Source of the DNA: a virus
DNA: 64,000 nucleotides
Direction: 5' to 3' (one strand)
IMG/VR virus record: IMGVR_UViG_3300029566_000004
Part shown: piece by piece, positions 20,534-26,956 of the stretch
How positions within the stretch are numbered: the first letter of the stretch is position 1
Layout: every line of letters begins with the position of its first letter
The notes under the pieces: model-generated
What the model saw: the letters and a program-made list of their open reading frames with translations, nothing else
What the model was told of the DNA's origin: nothing
Database searches by the model: none
Position numbers and translations under genes: made by a program

Positions 20534-20607
20534 TGGAGCACGATATGAGATTTGAACTCACAACTTCGGTTTGGAAGACCAATATGTTACCCTTACACTA
20601 ATCGTGC
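20534..20607 (-). tRNA. tRNA-Gly(UCC)
   Basis: Cloverleaf, loop CUUCCAA, discriminator U, CCA. Confidence 0.85.
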
Positions 20608-20610
20608 ATA

Positions 20611-20684
20611 TGGTGCGGGGCTGCGGATTTGAACCGCTTTTTCAGCTTTTTAAAGCTGAGGGTATACCTTTAGCCTAACCCCGC
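20611..20684 (-). tRNA. tRNA-like gene with a non-canonical anticodon loop (UUUAAAAA)
   Basis: Good acceptor stem, T-arm and CCA. The anticodon stem CAGC/GCUG encloses 8 nt (6 nt if the U:A pair closes); a 7-nt loop is not possible. Confidence 0.5.
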
Positions 20685-20805
20685 AATATAAAACAAAACG
20701 TATTTTTCTTCACTCACTCAAAATAATTCATTTATTGCTACATACGTTTTTATATGGTGCGGATGGAGGGATTCGAACCCTCAAGGATTTCTCCCGACGG
20801 ATTTT

Positions 20806-21540
20806 CTTACTACTCTATGTTACCATAGCCGCATTATTGCGTTGTAGTCTGGATCATGTCTTCTCCATATCTTTCGACTTAGGAGGCTGGTGTATGATCT
20901 CTACACATTTACAATCTAAATGATTGATTTAGCTCGGCGTTATCCCAGTAGGACTTTCGCCGAATTAGCCAGCATTCACTCAGAAGATTTCTCACTCTGG
21001 TGCTCTATTTGCAGAAATAGTATTTTTTCTTCTACGCCAATTTGGAGTATAAGAATGACAGTTTGGACATAATAATTGAAGATTTTCTAAACGATTGTCT
21101 GTCCTATCTCCATTAATATGATGGATTTCAAGAGTAATTGGTTGTCCTAACCACTCTGTTAATCCACAGCATTCACATTTACGTCCTCTCAATTTAATTA
21201 AAGGATTTAATGTTGTGCTGCCATTCTTTTTAATTGAATTTACTGTAAATAATGTGTAATCATAATTCTCATGATTCCATGCTTGTCCTAAAAAATGTGA
21301 GGTATCAAGTTGAAGTTCTTGACACATTTTATTTAATGAAGTTAATGCTCCGCCACTGTCTCTTGCATATCCAAGGGCTATTGCAACTTCACGCATAGAC
21401 TACGCATTTTTTACAATTTCTTCAATTTGTTCTTTTGAAAAAGATTTCCATTTTGGTTCTCTTGCCATAATATAGACCTCCTTTTTTCTTGTCTATTTAT
21501 TATGGCAGAGGCGATAGATATTTTAATCTACTCTGCCCAA
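20806..21540 (-). mobile_element. group-I-like intron carrying an HNH endonuclease ORF
   Basis: Exon ends in U. A possible P1 pairs exon ACUU with intron GAGU (U.G at the splice site). The intron ends in G. About 258 nt lie outside the ORF. Confidence 0.6.
20992..21468 (-). CDS. HNH homing endonuclease (1 in-frame TAG)
   Basis: CECCG...EIHHINGDRTDNRLENLQLLCPNCH. Strong RBS before ATG 21468; TAG at 21402-21400 is in frame with track ORF 20992-21396. Confidence 0.8.
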
Positions 21541-21608
21541 AAGTCCGTTGTGTATGCCATTCCACCACATCCGCACAGTAAGTTTTCATTTCTTTTTCTT
21601 ACATATAT

Positions 21609-21637
21609 ATTTTATCAAATTTTTTTATAAAAATCAA
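21609..21637 (-). promoter_or_regulatory. class-1 promoter TTGATT-N17-TAAAAT
   Basis: Minus strand: TTGATT 21637-21632, TAAAAT 21614-21609; upstream of tRNA-Leu(UAA). Confidence 0.65.
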
Positions 21638-21769
21638 AAAGATAAAATCAAACTAGACGCTATAATAATTCACAAAGGATTCTAACCACCAATTAGAAAA
21701 AATTAAAAATATTAACATAATTGCTGTAAGCGTCTTATCTGGTTTTTATTTTCCCTTTTCCGATTAATA

Positions 21770-21858
21770 TGGCTGGGGTGGAGGGATTCGAACCCCCATC
21801 TTTCGCCTCAGAAGCCCGGCATTTAGAGTGCCGTGTGTTGCCATTACACCACACCCCA
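21770..21858 (-). tRNA. amber suppressor tRNA(CUA), tRNA-Gln-like acceptor, 19-nt variable region
   Basis: Loop CUCUAAA; U1:A72, G2:C71, G3:C70, G73 and CCA as in E. coli tRNA-Gln; variable region GGCUUCUGAGGCGAAAGAU. Confidence 0.8.
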
Positions 21859-22003
21859 GCGTATTATTTAAGGAAAAAGATAAAACATTTGTCAAAAATT
21901 ATTCGTTAAGTTATCAAGACCTCTAGTATAATATTTTATCAGAATATCACTTATAATAATTGCGGAAAAGGTCTTTCTTTATTTATATTATATTATAAAT
22001 TTT

Positions 22004-22531
22004 TTATTTTTTCAATTCTTCAATAATTAAATCTTTTGGCAAAAATTTTTTACATAAATAACAAGAGCCAAAAGACACACCATCTTGCGTTTTTGACATT
22101 GAAGGATCTTTATAATAATTAATTCTCTTATCAAAACCAAGGTATTGTATATTTTTCAAATAAGGGAATCGAGCTTGTCCCTGCAAAGTAGGAACAGGTA
22201 ATAACATTGCATAAGGTTTCCCTAATTCGTCAAGTCTCTTTAAGACATTGTCTTTCTGAGAAAAAGGAGGATTAGAAATAATTATGTCATAATGTTCTTT
22301 TGGTTCCCAAAAGAAAAAATTTTTCCCTTCGTCTATGTGAGAATGTATTACTTTAAAGCCATTCTTTACAAATACCTAAACATACTTAGATGTCTCCAAG
22401 TCAAAAGGACACCAAATAGTTTCATTCCCTTGTAAGTATTTAATAAGAGGAATTACTGCATATTCAGGTGTAAATACTTCATCACTTGCTTTGTCAGTTT
22501 TAGCCTACAAATAACCGACATTAAGAGGCAT
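22004..22531 (-). CDS. N6-adenine DNA methyltransferase-like protein (2 in-frame TAG)
   Basis: Catalytic IISNPPFS motif; ATG 22531 with RBS AAAGGAGG; TAG at 22507-22505 and 22378-22376 joins to track ORF 22004-22207. Confidence 0.65.
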
Positions 22532-22610
22532 TGTATTTCCTCCTTTTATTTTATTTCTGGATAATTAGTAAAAACAGTTACACCACGAGAAGGTTTATCC
22601 AAAGTAACCG

Positions 22611-22682
22611 AGCCCGTGGACGGAGTCGAACCGCCAGCCCTTTCTTTACAAGAGAAACGCTCTACCATTGAGCCACACGGGC
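22611..22682 (-). tRNA. tRNA-Thr(UGU)
   Basis: Cloverleaf, loop CUUGUAA, no encoded CCA. Confidence 0.8.
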
Positions 22683-22688
22683 AAATTC

Positions 22689-22777
22689 AAGACGATTGAA
22701 ATTTATAGGAATCGAACCTACTCAAACAAGGATACAGCCTGTTTTTAAACCATATATAAAATTGCAGAAATCGTCTT
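22689..22777 (-). ncRNA. tRNA-like / Y-RNA-like structured RNA
   Basis: 8-bp terminal stem AAGACGAU/AUCGUCUU encloses a canonical T-arm UAGGUUCGAUUCCUA and extra hairpins. Not a cloverleaf. Lies directly downstream of promoter 22796-22824. Confidence 0.35.
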
Positions 22778-22795
22778 TCTTTTTCTTACATATAT

Positions 22796-22824
22796 ATTAT
22801 ATCAAAAATTTTTATATTTTTCAA
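22796..22824 (-). promoter_or_regulatory. class-1 promoter TTGAAA-N17-TATAAT
   Basis: Minus strand: TTGAAA 22824-22819, TATAAT 22801-22796. Confidence 0.65.
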
Positions 22825-23256
22825 ATAAAAAATATCTGACATAGGACTTGAGCGCATCTACTCCACAAACACTAACTACTGTTGTCTTGTGCCACCCACC
22901 CATACATACATACGTAATGTATTATTACAACAAAACGCATACAATCCATCGACTTGCTGTATTCCTATGTCAGAATATTTTCCCTTGCCTCTACTGCCAT
23001 CCAGAAGAGTTGGAGCGTCTAGTTCGCAAGTAAAACACAACTAATAACAATTAATAAATAAATAAATAAAACCTACAATCTCTTCTCTTATAGGACGACC
23101 GATTTATAGTTATCGGCCTAACTCGAGTAGTATGTCTTTACGACCAAAGAACCACGCCGCGGACGTAGTCCACTTTTTAAATGATGGACACTTTTAATCC
23201 TACATCCTACTCAACAATAGACTTACATATGGATTTTGCCATAAAGCTATTGGTAC

Positions 23257-23330
23257 TGGCAGGGGTGCAGGGACTTGGACCCCAATCTGCGCCTTTGGAG
23301 AGCGTTATGCTGCCGTTACACCACACCCCT
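23257..23330 (-). tRNA. tRNA-Trp(CCA)
   Basis: Cloverleaf, A1:U72, G73, loop CUCCAAA, CCA; T-loop UCCAAGU is slightly atypical. Confidence 0.8.
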
Positions 23331-23333
23331 ATA

Positions 23334-23424
23334 TGGCAGAGGGAGAGGGATTTGAACCCTCGGAACAATAAACTTGTTCGGTAATTTAGCAAACTACTGC
23401 ACTCAGCCACTATGCGATCCCTCT
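23334..23424 (-). tRNA. tRNA-Ser(GCU)
   Basis: Class-II cloverleaf, loop UUGCUAA, long variable arm GAACA/UGUUC, G73, CCA. Confidence 0.85.
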
Positions 23425-23430
23425 ATAAAA

Positions 23431-23507
23431 TGGTAAGTCTGATGGGAGTTGAACCCATAATAAAACGGTTTTGAACCGTTCGCGTCTGCCTATTGCGCCA
23501 CAGACTC
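23431..23507 (-). tRNA. class-I tRNA with anticodon CAA (nominally Leu, no long variable arm)
   Basis: Clean cloverleaf, stem AACGG/CCGUU, loop UUCAAAA, 5-nt variable region, A73, CCA. Confidence 0.65.
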
Positions 23508-23513
23508 ATAAAA

Positions 23514-23600
23514 TGGTGCGTGTAATAGGACTCGAACCTATAAAGTGTTGCCACCATAGCGCCCTCAACACTACGCGTTTACCAGTTTCGCCACACACGC
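23514..23600 (-). tRNA. tRNA-Leu(GAG)
   Basis: Class-II cloverleaf, loop UUGAGGG, A73, CCA. Confidence 0.85.
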
Positions 23601-23747
23601 ATAAAATAGTCGGGATTGTATTACCATATAGCGCTATTAAGTAATAGAACTGGGCCATCTAACCCGACGGAGTGCCCCAAACCCTTGCTCATGCATTAGC
23701 TTAACAGATCGCTGTATGTTTATTATTGCGGAGGGAACAGCAACCCT

Positions 23748-23821
23748 TGGTGGAGACGCTAGGAGTTGAACCTAGTTTTCATCGGCGGTACCATTTTCGA
23801 GCTCTTTCCGAAGTCATCCCC
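23748..23821 (-). ncRNA. tRNA-Ala-like element lacking an anticodon arm
   Basis: Acceptor GGGGAUG/CGUCUCC with G3:U70, A73, CCA, D-arm UUCG/CGAA and T-arm CUAGG-UUCAACU-CCUAG. Only a 4-bp/3-nt mini-hairpin sits where the anticodon arm belongs. Confidence 0.45.
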
Positions 23822-23824
23822 ATA

Positions 23825-23899
23825 TGGTGGGCCAGGGTGGGATTGAACCACCGACGAACGAATTCTTAGTCCGCCACTCTACCTCTGAGTTAGCAGCCC
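23825..23899 (-). tRNA. class-I tRNA with anticodon AAG (nominally Leu, A34, no long variable arm)
   Basis: Standard 76-nt layout, loop CUAAGAA, A73, CCA. Confidence 0.6.
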
Positions 23900-23902
23900 A
23901 AA

Positions 23903-23978
23903 TGGAGCTTGCAATGCGACTTGAACGCATGACCTCACCCGTACCAAGGGTGTGCTCTACCAACTGAGCTATACAAGC
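23903..23978 (-). tRNA. tRNA-Thr(GGU)
   Basis: Cloverleaf, loop UUGGUAC, CCA. Confidence 0.85.
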
Positions 23979-23999
23979 ATATTAAAATCAACCTTAAAG

Positions 24000-24084
24000 T
24001 GGTGCGAGCGAAGAGACTCGAACTCATACACCCTGCGGCACCGGAACCTAAATCCGGCGCGTCTGCCAATTCCGCCACGCCCGC
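24000..24084 (-). tRNA. tRNA-Leu(UAG)
   Basis: Class-II cloverleaf, loop UUUAGGU, A73, CCA. Confidence 0.85.
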
Positions 24085-24150
24085 TGATGCCCTCTGCAAC
24101 GCAATGTCTCGTTTAAATTGATAAATGAAACAAAAACCAAATGCAAAGAT

Positions 24151-24226
24151 TGGTAACCCGTCGGAGATTCGAACTCCGGACACCTTGATTAAAAGTCAAG
24201 TGCTCTACCGACTGAGCTAACGGGTC
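24151..24226 (-). tRNA. tRNA-Lys(UUU)
   Basis: Cloverleaf, loop CUUUUAA, CCA. Confidence 0.85.
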
Positions 24227-24231
24227 AAATC

Positions 24232-24381
24232 TGGCTGAGGTGGCAGGATTTGAACCTGCGAATGCGGGAGTCTGGCAGGCGGCTAAGGATTTGAACCTTA
24301 ATCTTTAGTTTTGGAGGCTATTATGTTACCGTTACACCAACCACCTAAAGTCCCGTGCCTTAACCTCTTGGCTACACCTCA
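24232..24381 (-). tRNA. tRNA-Gln(UUG) split between U35 and G36 by a 74-nt tRNA-like insert
   Basis: Halves 24381-24347 and 24272-24232 join into a perfect 76-nt cloverleaf (U1:A72, G73, loop CUUUGAC, CCA) resembling E. coli tRNA-Gln. Confidence 0.7.
24273..24346 (-). tRNA. tRNA-Trp(CCA)-like gene nested inside the tRNA-Gln anticodon loop
   Basis: Own cloverleaf with CCA and loop CUCCAAA; weak anticodon stem (3 bp); clear paralog of tRNA-Trp 23257-23330. Confidence 0.65.
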
Positions 24382-24411
24382 ATTTTATAATCCCAAGTGT
24401 TTTGATGAAAA

Positions 24412-24488
24412 TGGTCGGGGTGGAGGGATTCGAACCCCCGACTTTCTGCTCCCAAAGCAGACGGACTACCAAACTGTCCTACACCCCG
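24412..24488 (-). tRNA. tRNA-Pro(UGG)
   Basis: Cloverleaf, loop UUUGGGA, CCA. Confidence 0.85.
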
Positions 24489-24491
24489 AAA

Positions 24492-24568
24492 TGGCGGTAC
24501 CAAGGGGATTTGAACCCCTGTCTCCGGCGTGACAGGCCGGCATTCTAGGCCAACTGAACTATGGAACC
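24492..24568 (-). tRNA. tRNA-Asp(GUC)
   Basis: Cloverleaf, loop CUGUCAC, G73, CCA. Confidence 0.85.
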
Positions 24569-24895
24569 ATAAAGAAAGGAGAATAGAGAGAAGAAAGAAG
24601 AAAAATGTGATGAAAAATTAAAGAAATCACATTTCCAGAGCTAAAAGACTCTCTCTATGAGGATAGTCTTTTCTTTCTGCGGCAAGCAATATATTCAGGA
24701 TTTTAACCTGCAGCCCAAAGTTCAATAGTATGTTTATTAAGCACTCAATAAACAAAATACAAGAAGGATCCAAAATAATTAACTTTGGGATTTCCGTCGC
24801 AGGCCTTTATAAAAGCTTGTCAGGGAAAATTATCTTAATGACAATAATTTTATTTTTTATTAATTATAAGCTATTCACTCATTTTTTACAATATA

Positions 24896-24924
24896 ATTAT
24901 ATCATAAATTTTTTGAAAAATCAA
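24896..24924 (-). promoter_or_regulatory. class-1 promoter TTGATT-N17-TATAAT with no ORF or tRNA for about 300 nt downstream
   Basis: Minus strand: TTGATT 24924-24919, TATAAT 24901-24896. The downstream stretch 24890-24570 has only hairpins. Confidence 0.55.
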
Positions 24925-25004
24925 TGGAGCATTCGGTTGGATTCGAACCAACGACATATACGGAGGTTGCAGCTCCGCCTCTTAAGCCACTTGAGTACGA
25001 ATGC
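24925..25004 (-). tRNA. tRNA-Cys(GCA)
   Basis: Cloverleaf, loop CUGCAAC, 8-nt variable region, CCA. Confidence 0.75.
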
Positions 25005-25238
25005 ATAAAAGGCAAAAGACGCATAGGGTCTACCTTGGTCTTTCGAAACTTTTTCTACACATGGTAGATAAGCAAAACTAGACACTTGGATTTTTTCAGA
25101 ATGTAGCGAAAAAAATTCTAAAATTTGCTGTGCGTGTCTAAATTTGGTGGGAATGCCTTACGAGATATATATTGCAATACGGTTTAACTTTTGCATGCCG
25201 TAGCACGTGATACTGACATATAAGTTTCTCTCGCTCCT

Positions 25239-25313
25239 TGGTACCTCGAGGTGGATTTGAACCACCGACTTCCGGAATATGAGTCCGTCGTTCTACCGCT
25301 GAACTATCGAGGC
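25239..25313 (-). tRNA. tRNA-Met(CAU), elongator or Ile2 type
   Basis: Cloverleaf, loop CUCAUAU, G1.U72, CCA. Confidence 0.8.
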
Positions 25314-25478
25314 ATATATAACTAAGTTTTGCTTTCGTTGTCTTTTTATTTTTGTGTGCTGCTAAATGACAATGCCACATATGGATTATATCCCCGGTGG
25401 TAGTTGAAACTTAGAAAATCCATCCTTTCCGCACACTTTGGCGCTCCCGGTAGGACTTGAACCTACGACGCGGTGGTT

Positions 25479-25946
25479 GCTTACACATCAGCTTACCAAT
25501 TCTTTACTACTTCCTCCAATTCATAATTTTTCGCCCAAGTAATACCTCTTACTTGACCATTTTTTGTAGGAAGAATACGAAGTCTTTTATCTGCTCCGCA
25601 CTCCTCAACTGGAACTAAATAACATTTTCCATTAAAAGTAGTTACGAAGTAATCAATTTCCTCGTTTGAGTATGTATGATGCACAATCTTACCATCTTTT
25701 CTATTACAACTTCTACAAGAAAATTTGAATGATGCACCATCATCTTCGGTATTTGATGTTTTAGCTTGAACTCGAATAAACTTTCCATTAACATCTACTA
25801 CAAAGTCATATCTCTCACAATCTCCATATGGAGTTAAAACATTATAACCAAGTTTTAGAAATGCTAACATTGTTTCAAGTTCTGTAATATTTCCTTTTTG
25901 TTTACTATTCATTTATCTTTTCATAAAGAATAGATAAGGTCAGGTA
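25479..25946 (-). mobile_element. intervening sequence that is almost entirely a PD-(D/E)XK endonuclease ORF
   Basis: Only 34 nt upstream and about 14 nt downstream of ORF 25493-25912 lie outside coding sequence. Confidence 0.6.
25493..25912 (-). CDS. PD-(D/E)XK homing endonuclease, I-Ssp6803I-like
   Basis: 139 aa; GNITE...LGYNVLTPYGD.ERYDFVVD....IRVQAKT matches the D...(E/Q)xK core of intron-associated PD-(D/E)XK nucleases (family recalled from memory). Confidence 0.6.
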   Translation of the reverse strand: MNSKQKGNITELETMLAFLKLGYNVLTPYGDCERYDFVVDVNGKFIRVQAKTSNTEDDGASFKFSCRSCNRKDGKIVHHTYSNEEIDYFVTTFNGKCYLVPVEECGADKRLRILPTKNGQVRGITWAKNYELEEVVKNW

Positions 25947-25988
25947 AACAGCCACCTGCTCTGCCAGCTGAGCTACAGGAGCATATAT

Positions 25989-26065
25989 TGGCGGTACCAA
26001 GGGGATTTGAACCCCTGTCTTCGGCGTGACGGACCGACATTCTAGGCCAACTGAACTATGGAACC
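25989..26065 (-). tRNA. tRNA-Asp(GUC), second copy with C33
   Basis: Near-duplicate of 24492-24568, but the loop is CCGUCAC (C at the universally conserved U33 position). Confidence 0.75.
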
Positions 26066-26223
26066 ATTCGTGATTACGCCGCAAGTTCGCGTCACTTGCT
26101 TTTACGGAGGGCGTAGGCTCCGCCTCAAATCTGGTGCTTATGAGGATATCACCCGGACGCCGTAGCGCCACTTTAAAGTTGCCTTAATTTAACGAGCTGG
26201 TCGAGCTCTTAAAAACTAGTCCC

Positions 26224-26295
26224 ATTTTAAGATTGGAGTCGAACCAATGACCTTCAGTTTTGCAGACTGATGCTCTACCTCTGAGCTACTCTCCC
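26224..26295 (-). pseudogene. tRNA-Cys(GCA)-like gene with a broken acceptor stem
   Basis: D, anticodon (CUGCAAA) and T arms are intact, but 5' GGGAGAG cannot pair with 3' CUUAAAA. Confidence 0.45.
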
Positions 26296-26332
26296 AATAT
26301 GCGGAAGCAAGATTGCTGTATAGGACTATAAA

Positions 26333-26408
26333 TGGTAGCGTCATGGGGATTCGAACCCCAGTTGCTGGATTGAAAGCCCAGTCTCCTAACCAATTAGAGG
26401 ATGGCGCC
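26333..26408 (-). tRNA. tRNA-Glu(UUC)
   Basis: Cloverleaf with 3-bp D stem, loop CUUUCAA, CCA. Confidence 0.8.
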
Positions 26409-26414
26409 AAGTTA

Positions 26415-26681
26415 TTAATTCATTGGGAGAAGAACTTTCCATGCGCCATTAGGCTGCATTTCCATTCGCCACCAAGAATCATTTTTAAGCAGATATACTG
26501 CAGTATCAGTATATTTATCAATAAATGCCTGCCGCAAATTTTCTGCTGCATCGAGGTCTTTTACAGGCCCCAGAAATTTCCCTTGAACAGGAGGAATATC
26601 CTCATACATGTTTTTAAATGTCTTTTCTACATAAACGGTATCAATAGGATAATGTTTGCGACATACAACATAAAATTTCAT
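26415..26681 (-). CDS. hypothetical protein
   Basis: Track ORF trimmed to ATG 26681 with RBS AAAGGAGAG. Confidence 0.55.
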   Translation of the reverse strand: MKFYVVCRKHYPIDTVYVEKTFKNMYEDIPPVQGKFLGPVKDLDAAENLRQAFIDKYTDTAVYLLKNDSWWRMEMQPNGAWKVLLPMN

Positions 26682-26885
26682 AGATATCTCTCCTTTGGAT
26701 TTATTTAATGAAGGGTGGAATTCAAACCCTCGCGCTATTATATAGCTTCTTTTCTTTAACGACAACAAGTAAGCTAAATGTCGCTGGTCTTACATCATTT
26801 ATTTAACGTCGCTGTTGGATGGCAGCAAACCTGCGACGAAAAGAATGCTTTGTTTTATGGTATAGAACCATAATATTGGTTTAGT

Positions 26886-26956
26886 TGCTCAAAATAGGAT
26901 TTGAACCTATATCTAACGATATATAGAATCGCTGCTTTGCTATTAAGCTATTGAGC
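26886..26956 (-). tRNA. tRNA-Ile(UAU)-like, C33
   Basis: Short cloverleaf, loop UCUAUAU, no encoded CCA. Confidence 0.6.

Larger units (their letters stand above)
20755..21574 (-). tRNA. tRNA-Leu(UAA) interrupted by a 735-nt intron between U34 and A35
   Basis: 5' exon 21574-21541 and 3' exon 20805-20755 join into an 85-nt class-II cloverleaf with loop CUU/AAAA, A73 and CCA. Confidence 0.8.
25439..25982 (-). tRNA. tRNA-Asn(GUU) (or Asp(GUC) if the junction is shifted) interrupted by about 468 nt in the anticodon loop
   Basis: 5' part 25982-25947 and 3' part 25478-25439 join into a cloverleaf with loop CUGUU/AA, G73 and CCA. Confidence 0.7.

Noticed and set aside
23601-23821. tmRNA (the Ala-like tRNA domain plus the downstream 147 nt), and a second candidate at 26957-27368
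   Set aside because: There is no GGGG...5' partner arrangement typical of tmRNA, no resume codon or tag ORF ending in ...AA plus stop, and no pseudoknot pattern I could recognise. These are kept only as an unassigned tRNA-like element and an unassigned spacer.
20735-26708. Track ORFs across the tRNA array (20735-20923, 23181-23410, 23935-24183, 24311-24532, 24730-25008, 25138-25380, 25905-26171, 26216-26410, 26313-26708)
   Set aside because: They overlap hand-folded tRNA genes or intron RNA, they lack an RBS, and their translations are tRNA-derived artefacts.
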